This document shows, in pieces, positions 45,064-54,501 of a stretch of 64,000 bases of DNA. A model generated the notes under the pieces. That model searched no databases and had not been told where the DNA came from. It was given only the letters and a program-made list of their open reading frames with translations. The stretch lies in the IMG/VR virus record IMGVR_UViG_3300008265_000001. The stretch is one strand, 5' to 3'. The DNA comes from a virus. The first letter of the stretch is position 1. Each line of letters opens with the position of its first letter. The position numbers and the translations under genes were made by a program.

Positions 45064-45540
45064 TCATAGCTGCACTTCTCCTTCTACATAATATGGTTTA
45101 GTTTTGATATAAGCCCGATAACTTTCAACTACATCATCAGTCTTGAACTCGTCAGGCATGGCAGAAACAAATGGTGTGTGATTACTCCAATAGCATTGTA
45201 TTGTGTTGAAAGCAATCGATACAAGTACTTCGTTTAATGCAAGATAGTGTGCTGGCATTTTCCCGTAAACTTCTAGATGACGTTTACAAAGAGCAATACC
45301 GTGTAGAGCCAACCATTGCATATTTTCGCGACTCTGGCAAGCCCATTTAGTGCAAGGATGATTAACGTGCGATTTTGGTGAATACTCGTTACCATCTTTT
45401 TTGTGGGGTAGAGCCAGACCGTGATGAGCGCAAGCGACTGCAAGCATCTGAGCAGCTTCAAGAGCCATCTTGCTGGCTACTTTAACTGGAACAAGACGCG
45501 CAGCTTCGATTGGAGTTTCGTGAAGTACGAAGATGTTCAT
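45064..45540 (-). CDS. conserved phage protein
   Basis: Start set at the ATG at 45540 (MNIFVLHETPIEAAR...), with HPCTKW downstream. I recall this pattern in a widespread phage family of unclear function. Confidence 0.5.
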   Translation of the reverse strand: MNIFVLHETPIEAARLVPVKVASKMALEAAQMLAVACAHHGLALPHKKDGNEYSPKSHVNHPCTKWACQSRENMQWLALHGIALCKRHLEVYGKMPAHYLALNEVLVSIAFNTIQCYWSNHTPFVSAMPDEFKTDDVVESYRAYIKTKPYYVEGEVQL

Positions 45541-45547
45541 GTTGCAC

Positions 45548-45802
45548 CTAGTAACTTGGTAGTTTTGCTGCTTCGACATAATCTTTAGGAATTAAACAAC
45601 CTTCAGGAAGTTGGAACTCACAGCCCAACATTCCATCAATGTATCCAGTATTACGGTAAGTCCTAAACTCAATATCGTCATCTGTCAAAGTGGGGAAATC
45701 CTTCCTTGCCTCTTCTGCCAATTGTTTGATAGTTGAGAGTGAGTGTCCATAGGGGCTATTTAGCATATAGACATGAGGCATCGTAGGCTTGAGGCTCAGC
45801 AC
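45548..45802 (-). CDS. hypothetical protein
   Basis: 84-aa ORF. Confidence 0.55.
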   Translation of the reverse strand: MLSLKPTMPHVYMLNSPYGHSLSTIKQLAEEARKDFPTLTDDDIEFRTYRNTGYIDGMLGCEFQLPEGCLIPKDYVEAAKLPSY

Positions 45803-45839
45803 ATGGTTAGATGGTAAGGGATGACGTAGTTTTTTCTAA

Positions 45840-46184
45840 TCATTTTTTCGGTTCTCGCAAATAGGGGTATCCGTCTGAGTAATCATCGCGCAAGTGGAAA
45901 CCGTATCGTTCATACCAATTTTCAAGTTGAAAAACTGTCGGGCAATGGTCGTCAAGCGAGACAGGCACTAATACAACCGTGAAGCCAAGTGAATCAGCTA
46001 ACCAACACACTTGAGCTAACAGACGACTGCCAAGTTTCATGCCACGATACTGAGCCTCTACTTCTATTTCTTCTAAGATAATTTTCTTGTTGGTGTGGTC
46101 AATGAGTAAACTAGCATTACCGCGACCTTGGGGGTCACTTATGGTTGTGATGATGTAATGCGAAAGTAGTAAAGCAGTCATCAT
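45840..46184 (-). CDS. GNAT-family N-acetyltransferase
   Basis: EEIEVEAQYRGMKLGSRLL (acetyl-CoA loop) and the C-terminal YERYGF. Confidence 0.65.
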   Translation of the reverse strand: MMTALLLSHYIITTISDPQGRGNASLLIDHTNKKIILEEIEVEAQYRGMKLGSRLLAQVCWLADSLGFTVVLVPVSLDDHCPTVFQLENWYERYGFHLRDDYSDGYPYLREPKK

Positions 46185-46354
46185 CCTTGAGGCAGAAAGA
46201 AAACAACTGAGTAGATAATCCAAGCATCAACAATAAGAAGCGCCCAGAACCAATACCAATCAATCTGAAACTCGAAACGAACTTCGGGGAGAACATCGTG
46301 CGCCAACTTCAGAGCCAGTGCAGCTAGGGCAGAAAAGAATATGTAGAGCTTCAT
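46181..46354 (-). CDS. small membrane protein (57 aa)
   Basis: MKLYIFFSALAALAL...WYWFWALLIVDAWIIYSVVFFLPQG. It has an ATGA-type overlap with the GNAT gene. Confidence 0.45.
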   Translation of the reverse strand: MKLYIFFSALAALALKLAHDVLPEVRFEFQIDWYWFWALLIVDAWIIYSVVFFLPQG

Positions 46355-46380
46355 GTCAGTTCCTTATAGCTCCTATGTTA

Positions 46381-46411
46381 AATAAAGCGGTACTTGCACT
46401 CTAAGTACCGC
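46381..46411 (-). terminator. intrinsic terminator
   Basis: Minus strand: GCGGTACTT-AGAGTGC-AAGTACCGC followed by TTTATTT. Confidence 0.65.
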
Positions 46412-46419
46412 GAGAGTGA

Positions 46420-46566
46420 TTATCGTGTAATGAGTCGAAACATCTGAGCTATTTCTTCAAGAGGCGTAACAGGAGGTCGCTGCACCTTGAGTTTGGTTGG
46501 GGTTGGTACTGTAGGTTTGGGTACGATACCGTACTTACGTTTACCAAATCCAAGTGACTTTTTCAT
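46420..46566 (-). CDS. small basic protein (48 aa)
   Basis: GGAG SD upstream. MKKSLGFGKRKYGIVPKP... It is followed by the terminator. Confidence 0.45.
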   Translation of the reverse strand: MKKSLGFGKRKYGIVPKPTVPTPTKLKVQRPPVTPLEEIAQMFRLITR

Positions 46567-46666
46567 TTAGTATTTATCTCCGACACCATACAAACCAGAA
46601 GGAACAATCACAAAACTACTCAAACCATAATAATTGAGCCATTCTAGGGTATTGGGGTGGTCGAGT

Positions 46667-47101
46667 TTAGTCTGAACAATTTTTTTTCACTTTGGCAGGT
46701 TTAGTGTCCCAATCAATAAGAAGAATGTCATACAACTCAGCTTCGCCATCATCGTCAGCAACTAGCGGCAACTCACCAACAACACCTTCCCACACTTCTT
46801 TTTCTGCCTCTGCTTTAGCAAAAGTCTCTTGCACCAGACGAACTCTGCGCCGAATCTCTGCAAGTGGGTTAGCATTTGTTTTATCGGAGTTAAAGGAATG
46901 CTGAAAGTCTATGGCTAGTGTCCTTGCGCCATCAGAGAATTTGACTACGAAACCAGAAGAGAAAATGCCACTACGAAAATCTTCGGTAGCTTCAATAGGC
47001 GATGTTAGTAAGTCAGATGATTCACGATTGAACTGTTTAGCCTGACCATCGATTTGTAGATAGAAATTGTCACCAAACTTTTCGACTCGAACTCTAGACA
47101 T
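46667..47101 (-). CDS. hypothetical protein
   Basis: Start set at the ATG at 47101 (MSRVRVEKF), which is preceded by AGGAG. Confidence 0.6.
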   Translation of the reverse strand: MSRVRVEKFGDNFYLQIDGQAKQFNRESSDLLTSPIEATEDFRSGIFSSGFVVKFSDGARTLAIDFQHSFNSDKTNANPLAEIRRRVRLVQETFAKAEAEKEVWEGVVGELPLVADDDGEAELYDILLIDWDTKPAKVKKNCSD

Positions 47102-47253
47102 AATGAATACTCCTAAATAAGTGTTGAAGAAGAAAGAACCTATAAGCAACCGCCAACCGTTCTTTGTTGGATACGGGTAGTTGCGACTCTTGCTCAGCGC
47201 AAGTCGTCTTTTTCGGGTTCTGTGGTAGGACTTATTGACATTGCCTGAAGATG

Positions 47254-47418
47254 TTACCACTTAGCCTGAACTTTTGAAGCTAGACCAGAAAGAATGATTG
47301 AGGAATACCAAAAACTAGGATAGCCCTGACAAGCATCTTTAACTTGGTCACACTTGTCGTTCCAGTCGCTTTCAGATGTAGCACTATTCATCAAATCGAT
47401 TACTTGTTGTTGTGTCAT
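47254..47418 (-). CDS. hypothetical protein
   Basis: Start trimmed to the ATG at 47418 (MTQQQVIDL). Confidence 0.5.
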   Translation of the reverse strand: MTQQQVIDLMNSATSESDWNDKCDQVKDACQGYPSFWYSSIILSGLASKVQAKW

Positions 47419-47489
47419 AATACTTTTTTGATTGGTAATAAAAATTGTAGAGTGAGGGAGGATTTGTGTCACTCCCTCTGAAGACTTAA

Positions 47490-48599
47490 CTATGCTCCAA
47501 TGTGCTTAGCAGGTAATAGCTCGTCTAGGTAGTCGAATGCATTCTTGCGAACCTTGCCAAACATATTGCCCTTGAAGCCAGCTAACGGGTCAAAACCTGC
47601 GTCCTTGCCAGTGGTTTTGACATAGGAAGTCGCAGCATTGGCATAGCGATATCCTGTGTGCTGATTTGCATCGAAGATATCAACGTCAGATAAGCTTCTA
47701 TAGATGTCCATGAACTTGTGGTAATTCTTGACTGCGGAAGGGTAAGTCTCGTCTTCGTCTAGAACCGCAGGTATTTCTTGTGTGCGGCGAATTGCAAAGA
47801 GGTCGCGAGTGAGAGTGTCAACCACTTTTTCATCGAGCTTCAGGTCACGCAATGCCTCTAGGTGCGGCGCAGTCTCGTTATGGAATCGGGTTTTAGCCAA
47901 GTCGATGTTCTGTTTAGCCATCGCCATGAGTTCTTGTGGTGACTTGTGACTGCCCTTTTTGGGGTCAAAGCCGAAGAATTTCTCAGTGCCTTTTGCCGAA
48001 GCTAACGCCATCGTCAAAGTGTTTTTGCAGATAGCTCGGAATGAACTGAAAAAGACTGCGCGAGGTGTCGTTCCGTCATGGGAGAGTGTGAAAATCATAT
48101 AAGGGGTGATTTTATCTGCTTCACCTTGGATTGTGATAACTTCGTCGGGAATGAGATTGTTGACTGCGAGAATTGCACCAGAGTCAAGCAAGAGCCAGTC
48201 TTGAATCTCAATCAGACTTTCATCGGTGTAATTCTCTAGCCAGCGCAAGCCATCCTGATATTGGATGATACGGTATTTGCTGGGAACTTTTAGTGCAAAA
48301 TTACGTCCGTGATGGTCGATGTGTTCTTGTTCGAGATAGGTTGGATTGATGCCAACTGCCTCTTCTGTCAGAAATTCTTGGCGAATGTAGTTGGACTTGA
48401 GAGCGTCTACGGGTGTGTTGTCTTCATTCATGTTGGGGTACATGAACGCTTGCCACTCTTCGAGTTTAGCTTCAGCGATGATGTCGATTGGAAACATCTT
48501 AGGGACTACTCTGGAGGTTTCGAGTTGACCGAAAGCACCAGTCGTACTAACGTGTAGTGACTTCGGTGTATTGTCGATAGTGGGAGTGGTTGTGGTCAT
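47490..48599 (-). CDS. DUF932-like protein (family common on plasmids, ICEs and phages)
   Basis: 369 aa. YRIIQYQD...LSHDGTTPRAVFFSSFRAICKNTL resembles the DUF932 core, from my recollection. Confidence 0.5.
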   Translation of the reverse strand: MTTTTPTIDNTPKSLHVSTTGAFGQLETSRVVPKMFPIDIIAEAKLEEWQAFMYPNMNEDNTPVDALKSNYIRQEFLTEEAVGINPTYLEQEHIDHHGRNFALKVPSKYRIIQYQDGLRWLENYTDESLIEIQDWLLLDSGAILAVNNLIPDEVITIQGEADKITPYMIFTLSHDGTTPRAVFFSSFRAICKNTLTMALASAKGTEKFFGFDPKKGSHKSPQELMAMAKQNIDLAKTRFHNETAPHLEALRDLKLDEKVVDTLTRDLFAIRRTQEIPAVLDEDETYPSAVKNYHKFMDIYRSLSDVDIFDANQHTGYRYANAATSYVKTTGKDAGFDPLAGFKGNMFGKVRKNAFDYLDELLPAKHIGA

Positions 48600-48944
48600 T
48601 TATTTAATCCTGAGTGAATAGATGCAGAAAAGAAAAGCGAGACTATTTTTCGTCGTTCTTGTCAGATGGTGTGAGTAAACAAATAGTGACAGCACCAACC
48701 CAAACAACAGCGTAGAAAGTCCAGATAGGGAAAAACATCATGCAGGAATACCTAGTTAGAGATTATTAAAAGTTTGCTTGGAGCCATCGTTAGATGGTGT
48801 TGCCCTTTTTAGGGGCGTTCGCATAAGTTTCACCAGACCTATTCAGAGTTAAGTTCCTGCGAGTTGTCTTTTTACCAGTTTTGAAAATCTTTAAAGGCTC
48901 TGCCTGTATATCGGAGGAGGTCGGGCTAAGGCATAAGTCATGAT

Positions 48945-49163
48945 TTATTCCTGTGAAAAATCGATTGCGTTTTCTTCGATGAACTCGATAACATAACTTA
49001 AATCTTGCTCGGAAATTGGTAGCTCGATGAGTTCGTGGTCGTACTCGTTACGAAGTTCTACAAATTCTCCTGATGAGCTAGTAGTTACTGTGATTGGGTA
49101 CTCTAAGCTACGTTCGTGATTCTGTACGATGTGTTCTTTGACTTGCTCAATTGTAGTAATCAT
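48945..49163 (-). CDS. small acidic protein, MITTI(E/A)QVKE paralog 1
   Basis: 72 aa. It shares its N-terminus and overall pattern with 51675-51890. Confidence 0.6.
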   Translation of the reverse strand: MITTIEQVKEHIVQNHERSLEYPITVTTSSSGEFVELRNEYDHELIELPISEQDLSYVIEFIEENAIDFSQE

Positions 49164-49642
49164 CGGCTGTACCTATCTTTCTGTAGTGTTGAGTGAGTAT
49201 CATTCTTGTCGTTCAAGTACCAAGTGACCAATCGTACATATCGGTAATCGAGTCGGTCAGCCTGAAGTCTACCTCCCAATACCAGTATGATATCGGTATC
49301 AGGGGATGTTGGTAAATCTACCCGCAGAGCTAGTTTAGTCACCTCGTAGTTGACATCCAAGACAATCTCAAAGATGTCTTCATGAGACGCTTGCGCTAGA
49401 AGGGCAGAAAAGAGGGTGAGGTTACGAATGGAATGTTCATCGGCGTAGCTGACGTTAAAGCATTGACTGTTCTTGTAGACTCCATACTCTGACCAGACGT
49501 AGCTGAAATGCTTGTGTTTGGCATGATTGGAGATGATGAGAGACTTCTGTGCGTGAGTGAGTAGCGCGAGTTGCTGCGCGATGATGTATGGGTCGCGGAA
49601 CTTTTGTGGTGCGAGTAGGCGATGGTGCAAGGATGTAGTCAT
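49160..49642 (-). CDS. hypothetical protein
   Basis: 160-aa ORF with a 4-nt overlap with the paralog gene. Confidence 0.6.
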   Translation of the reverse strand: MTTSLHHRLLAPQKFRDPYIIAQQLALLTHAQKSLIISNHAKHKHFSYVWSEYGVYKNSQCFNVSYADEHSIRNLTLFSALLAQASHEDIFEIVLDVNYEVTKLALRVDLPTSPDTDIILVLGGRLQADRLDYRYVRLVTWYLNDKNDTHSTLQKDRYSR

Positions 49643-49929
49643 TACAGTGTCACCCCAAATCTATTTTCTGCAAATTCGAGCGTAGCGTCAACATCGGTAA
49701 ACACTTTCTCAATCAAGCGTCCTGAATGTCTGTAGAGCAGCACCAATTCTTTTTCTGTGTGCAAGAGGATGAACTCTTTTACTGCGAGAGGTCTACCAGC
49801 GATTTTAGACGGCTTGTAGCCCGTTGCAAGCTTGCCGAAGGTACATTCTAGGCTTTGACGCAAGAACAAGTCGTGGAGGCTGAAATCTTGAAGTGTGAGA
49901 GGGTTTTTGGGTAGTGTGGCGAGAGTCAT
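49642..49929 (-). CDS. hypothetical protein
   Basis: 95 aa, with an AGGAG SD upstream. Confidence 0.6.
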   Translation of the reverse strand: MTLATLPKNPLTLQDFSLHDLFLRQSLECTFGKLATGYKPSKIAGRPLAVKEFILLHTEKELVLLYRHSGRLIEKVFTDVDATLEFAENRFGVTL

Positions 49930-49992
49930 TTTGTTCTCCTGAGAAGTAGTGGAATGAATAGCCCCGTCTAGCCGCTAGGTCAGCTTGTGAGA

Positions 49993-50589
49993 CTAAAATA
50001 AATCGCTTGCTACCCGTTCATCCCAAGTAGCTGAAAGGATTTGTGAACCAGTGTAGAGGTAGTAGTGGGAGCTAGGCGCACCGTAGAGTCTGCCAGAGTA
50101 ACGAGTGCGGAAGACTACATTCTTTTCTGCTACTGCAATCAACTGTTGACCAGAACCCATGTAGCCAGCAGCACCTTGAGCAATACGTCCCTCTGCAAGA
50201 ATCTCACAAGGGAAAGGAAGGAACTCGATATTATCTGGGTCGTAGTCTGGCACACAGTCGCCTGTGTGAGAATTACTGCCACGAAATCCGATTGAGGTAC
50301 GAAAAGTAATTAGACATTTATCATTTGTCAACGTATTGGCAGCTTCGATAAGCTTTTGACCACCTTTTTGAGTTTTGCCTAGAGATACATGATTGATACT
50401 TACTTGCCCTTCAGCATCGAATTTAGCACGACTGGAGGTGTTTAGTTCAACAGGCAGAAAGGAGAGTTGTCTACCTCGACCTTCTTCCCCTACTTGAACG
50501 ACTGGGATTTTGATACCACTTGATAATTCACGGGCTTGGACAAGAATACCTTCAGTCGGTTTTCCGTTTTCAATTGTGTATGTTTTCAC
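49993..50589 (-). CDS. hypothetical protein
   Basis: 198-aa ORF. Confidence 0.65.
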   Translation of the reverse strand: MKTYTIENGKPTEGILVQARELSSGIKIPVVQVGEEGRGRQLSFLPVELNTSSRAKFDAEGQVSINHVSLGKTQKGGQKLIEAANTLTNDKCLITFRTSIGFRGSNSHTGDCVPDYDPDNIEFLPFPCEILAEGRIAQGAAGYMGSGQQLIAVAEKNVVFRTRYSGRLYGAPSSHYYLYTGSQILSATWDERVASDLF

Positions 50590-50678
50590 GGTGTTTGTTT
50601 CCTTGAGTAATTAACGTGTGAAGTAATGAAAGCGATTTTAGTATGCGTTGTGATGAGACGTAACTTAGAATCTAGGGC

Positions 50679-51122
50679 TTATTGACATTGCCTAGCTGGA
50701 TAGTTAGGGGAATGGTGATTTTCTATATGAGTCCAACTTTTACCAAGTTTAATAGTAGAAATTACACTTGAATTTATTTTGTACATCTTAGCTATAGAGG
50801 CTTGAGTAAACCCTAAATGCAACAATTCAAAAATTGTGGGTATATCAAAATCTGTAAGTTTTGACATTGAATTTTTTTCGCCTTTTACCCTCCCTTTTCT
50901 AACCTTATCTTTGCAATTGTCTGAAACACTGCCAAGAAACAAATGTTCAGTATTTGTGCAAGCAGGGTTATCACACTTATGGCAAACAAGCATACCTTTG
51001 GGAATTTCGCCATTAGCTAAAGTCCAAGATAAACGGTGCGCTCTCCATTCTTTACCTTGATACCTTGCCCTTCCATAACCATCCCTATCTTTAATACCCT
51101 CGAAATTTATACAATCGTCCAT
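50679..51122 (-). CDS. HNH endonuclease with C-terminal HTH-like segment
   Basis: HRLSW...CHKCDNPACTNTEHLFLGSVSDN. Confidence 0.75.
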   Translation of the reverse strand: MDDCINFEGIKDRDGYGRARYQGKEWRAHRLSWTLANGEIPKGMLVCHKCDNPACTNTEHLFLGSVSDNCKDKVRKGRVKGEKNSMSKLTDFDIPTIFELLHLGFTQASIAKMYKINSSVISTIKLGKSWTHIENHHSPNYPARQCQ

Positions 51123-51194
51123 AAAATCATTTACTGCTTTATTCGTCTTATTAGTCTAACAAGAGGGAGCTTTGTTGTCACTCCCTCCAAAGTT

Positions 51195-51581
51195 TTAACC
51201 TACTGCCAGAGCTAAACATCCGCAAGGCTTGATATCGCTAGCAGAGTAAACTGTATCAGTCACAGTAGCTAACTTTGATGTGTCGCCGCCAAGAGCTTGC
51301 ACAGCAGAGCGATAGAGATTGGACACGATGTAGATATCGTAACCGTCTGGAAGTGCATCGTAGGAAGTGAACTGAACAGCACCAACAACAGGTACAGGGC
51401 AGTTCTCAATGGTTGGAGTAGGGGCGTTAGCTGTCTTGCAGTTGACAGGTGTACCTTTAGCAATTGTGAAGATTGGTTCTGCTCCAACAGCAGCAATGTA
51501 TTTCCGTTGGGCTACATCGAACTCTACATCAGACTTGTTGTAGAAGTTGATTTGGTGTGGTGTTGCGTTGTAGATAGTCAT
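51195..51581 (-). CDS. hypothetical protein
   Basis: 128-aa ORF. Confidence 0.6.
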   Translation of the reverse strand: MTIYNATPHQINFYNKSDVEFDVAQRKYIAAVGAEPIFTIAKGTPVNCKTANAPTPTIENCPVPVVGAVQFTSYDALPDGYDIYIVSNLYRSAVQALGGDTSKLATVTDTVYSASDIKPCGCLALAVG

Positions 51582-51674
51582 GTTTTTTATTCGGGTGATT
51601 GGTAAAGGGTAACTAGCGTCAGCTAATCACTCCACACGATGCACTAACACAAGCTAATGCATCGTGTGGAAAGA

Positions 51675-51890
51675 TTAATCACAGTATTCGGAGGCAACTT
51701 TTTCAATTACTTCGATTGCGTCATCTATAGAGGAATCTTCAGTAGGGAGATGAAGTGTTTGCCAATAATACTTATTGTGAAGCGATACTGCGTTAGGGTA
51801 GCTTTCTGGCTCTACTACTACGATAGGAAATCTTGGTCTAGGCTCAATCTTTTTTACATATTCTTTGACCTGTGCGATTGTTGTAATCAT
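51675..51890 (-). CDS. small acidic protein, MITTI(E/A)QVKE paralog 2
   Basis: 71 aa. Paralog of 48945-49163. Confidence 0.6.
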   Translation of the reverse strand: MITTIAQVKEYVKKIEPRPRFPIVVVEPESYPNAVSLHNKYYWQTLHLPTEDSSIDDAIEVIEKVASEYCD

Positions 51891-52477
51891 GATGCTTCTA
51901 GCTCCTGTTGTAGTCTTGTGTACTCTTGGAAGTGATACTGAGCCGCTACTTGTTTTTTAGTGCGCTCAAGTTGCTCTTGTTGTTTTTGTTTTGTTTCGTA
52001 CTGTGTTGCATCGAACTCAAAATTGAATAACGTTGCAATGTATTGTGTTGAATCAATCAATGCGTGAATGCTTTCATAGCTTATATTTTTTTCTATAGCT
52101 TTGTCAAGTACTTTTTGAGCTTGTTTGAAGATGTTTATAGGATTTACATCTTTAGGCGTACATCTAATTGGGTAGGTAACTAAGCGCTCAACCCAAAGAA
52201 ATTCAGCAGTCGGAGCAAGAGCAAATTCGTTATAAGGTACGTGAGGGATGTTTTTCTCTTCTGCCATCAGGCGAAGCGAATGAACTCGATTGCGATTGCA
52301 TACTTGAGAGCTACCGCAGTCGATGAATAAGATATCTTTTTGCCAAGCTGCTATCATTTCGCCCGAAGCATAGAGATAGCCTTCAGAATCGATTTGTAAG
52401 CCACTGGAAGAAAGGTCTTTACTTCGTAACAGAAAAGAATCGATGAGTTGTTCTTTTGAGAGATTAGTTTTTGCCAT
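51887..52477 (-). CDS. hypothetical protein
   Basis: 196-aa ORF with a 4-nt overlap. Confidence 0.6.
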   Translation of the reverse strand: MAKTNLSKEQLIDSFLLRSKDLSSSGLQIDSEGYLYASGEMIAAWQKDILFIDCGSSQVCNRNRVHSLRLMAEEKNIPHVPYNEFALAPTAEFLWVERLVTYPIRCTPKDVNPINIFKQAQKVLDKAIEKNISYESIHALIDSTQYIATLFNFEFDATQYETKQKQQEQLERTKKQVAAQYHFQEYTRLQQELEAS

Positions 52478-52640
52478 CAGATTGTAGTTTTAGGTATTCT
52501 TCTTTAGTAATTTCATGTAAGCCCCAGTGATTACCAAGAGTGACATTTTGAGTCAAGCAGTCCTCAGCCTGTTCAATACTAGGGGCAGTGATTGTATTGG
52601 CATAGAAATAGTCTGGAATGTAGTAAGAAAAGTATTTCAT
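52464..52640 (-). CDS. small protein (58 aa)
   Basis: ATGA overlap with the stop of 52637-53032. MKYFSYYIPDYFY... Confidence 0.4.
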   Translation of the reverse strand: MKYFSYYIPDYFYANTITAPSIEQAEDCLTQNVTLGNHWGLHEITKEEYLKLQSDGKN

Positions 52641-53032
52641 AGGTCGAGTGCCTCACATTTGATTGCTTGGTATTCAGAGTCAGGTGAGACTTGCCTCCAG
52701 TAATCTAAAGCCAACTCTACTGCTTTCGTAGTCTGGAAAATCTCTTCGAGAAACTGCCAACCATTCTTCGTTCTTAGCTGAATTTTAAAGAACGGTCTGC
52801 TTAGTATCTCTAGATATTCACTTCTAGGTATTTGAATCAGACCAGAGCATCTATAGGGAAGATGTTTGACCTTCTCTTGTGCTTCAGCTAAGGACTGAGC
52901 CTTAACCACTTGTGCGCCGATTGTGTCTACAAGATGGTAGGAGTAATATTGCATAGGTTCAATTTCAAAATAATAGTGTTCGGTATTTCCAAAGTCAGCC
53001 GAGTTCTTTTTCGGTGAATGTTTGTTAGCCAT
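52637..53032 (-). CDS. hypothetical protein
   Basis: 131-aa ORF. Confidence 0.6.
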   Translation of the reverse strand: MANKHSPKKNSADFGNTEHYYFEIEPMQYYSYHLVDTIGAQVVKAQSLAEAQEKVKHLPYRCSGLIQIPRSEYLEILSRPFFKIQLRTKNGWQFLEEIFQTTKAVELALDYWRQVSPDSEYQAIKCEALDL

Positions 53033-53486
53033 CAGCTATATCTTCTTCTGATAGACAGTAATCCTCACTGTTAACCACAGAGTAAGTGAATTGAATCAAT
53101 ACCTTTCTAGGGAATTTTCCAATAGTCTCTACTCGTAGTGTTATATCGCTGCTGGGTTGATGGCAGTAATCCAGAACTACAATTTGAGCATTGTATTTTT
53201 CGAGAAGCTTACGCAAGTCCCTGCGGATATCAGGCTTAGGCTCTTCTTTGGGGAGTTCAACAAACACGAACACATCATTACCGTTAGACAGGAAACCATG
53301 CTCTAGGCGATACTTGACTACGCCGTTGAACGTTAGCCAGTTGTACTTATCTGCAAGCTCCTGAGCGATGCGCGAAGCAGTATAGCCACCGTCTTGTTCG
53401 ACGCTGCGAGAGATAGCGGGAACACCTTCAGCTTTAGCGCGATACTTGTGAGTGATACTGGAATAGGAAACTTGAATTGCTTTCAT
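53025..53486 (-). CDS. hypothetical protein (C-terminal segment paralogous to 54052-54501)
   Basis: DLRKLLEKYNAQI...PSSD aligns with ALRKLLEEYNASI...PSSD. Confidence 0.6.
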   Translation of the reverse strand: MKAIQVSYSSITHKYRAKAEGVPAISRSVEQDGGYTASRIAQELADKYNWLTFNGVVKYRLEHGFLSNGNDVFVFVELPKEEPKPDIRRDLRKLLEKYNAQIVVLDYCHQPSSDITLRVETIGKFPRKVLIQFTYSVVNSEDYCLSEEDIADG

Positions 53487-53487
53487 T

Positions 53488-53694
53488 TTATTTAAAGTTT
53501 TGGTTATAGTGATAATTGTCTTGGGAGAAATCGAAAGCCTTGTTGGGTGAGTTGGTGAAGTTCAAGAAACCTTCTAGTTGATTAGTAGTGTCAAAGCGAT
53601 ATACAGGAGTGCAAGGCATGATTAGCTTCGCTGTACTCTTGCGTAATTGCTTGTCAGCTTCGATTTGAAAAGGGAGTCTAGTGTCTTGTGGCAT
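53488..53694 (-). CDS. hypothetical protein
   Basis: 68-aa ORF. Confidence 0.5.
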   Translation of the reverse strand: MPQDTRLPFQIEADKQLRKSTAKLIMPCTPVYRFDTTNQLEGFLNFTNSPNKAFDFSQDNYHYNQNFK

Positions 53695-53760
53695 AATTTT
53701 CTCCGAAAAAGTTGGCAGAAAGAGAGGGGAGTTAAGGGGTGTACCCTCTCAAGTAATGCT

Positions 53761-53934
53761 TCAAGATTTGATTAGCGGATGTGATGCTTCGATGTTCAGT
53801 GTCGATGCTTCGCGCAGTTCCCAAGCTGTGCGATGTGAATTGTTGCGGACGATAGCTACATCAGGTAAATTACCTGTTAGCTTTGCGTGTTCAAGGTTTA
53901 GAAATGCTTCTCTTGATGGTGAATGTTGAGACAT
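53761..53934 (-). CDS. small protein (57 aa)
   Basis: GGAG 9 nt upstream. MSQHSPSREAFLNLEHAKL... Confidence 0.4.
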   Translation of the reverse strand: MSQHSPSREAFLNLEHAKLTGNLPDVAIVRNNSHRTAWELREASTLNIEASHPLIKS

Positions 53935-54051
53935 GACGTAATGCTCCGTGATGTGAATGTTTTTGTTGTTGAGCGTTTGACTGCTCTTGTCTGTTCGTTA
54001 AGGGTAGCTTCTCACGAACAGATAGGAAAAGTCAACTGCGTAGGCTATTTC

Positions 54052-54501
54052 TTAGGGGATATCTTTTGGTGATGTAATAATTACTTCACAGTTATCGTCA
54101 ATTTCATGAATATCGATATACTCATTATTGAAAACTAGGATAGGCTTTTCTTGAATATCTGAGTTGTCTAGAATCTCAAGATGAGCATCGAAGACGCAAG
54201 CTAAATCAGAGCTAGGGTCACAAGTCCAATTAATAGACGCATTGTATTCTTCAAGAAGCTTACGCAAAGCCGTCTTGAAATTCTTTTTTCTGATATTTAG
54301 CATTTCTTTATTCCAAAACTTGATTTGTATATCGTTAATTTCGACTTGTTGGGCGACAGTTCCTTTGTAGCCCCAAAGTTTGCCCCCTTTTCTTTGGCAG
54401 ACAGGACACTCTAGATAAGCGTAAGGCATAGTTCGATTCACAAAAACATCTATGCCTCTCTGCACAATTGGTTCAGTGTTGCAACAATGGGTTATAGACA
54501 T
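54052..54501 (-). CDS. hypothetical Cys-containing protein
   Basis: 149 aa. CxxC at LECPVCQRKG. Paralogous segment with 53025-53486. Confidence 0.6.
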   Translation of the reverse strand: MSITHCCNTEPIVQRGIDVFVNRTMPYAYLECPVCQRKGGKLWGYKGTVAQQVEINDIQIKFWNKEMLNIRKKNFKTALRKLLEEYNASINWTCDPSSDLACVFDAHLEILDNSDIQEKPILVFNNEYIDIHEIDDNCEVIITSPKDIP

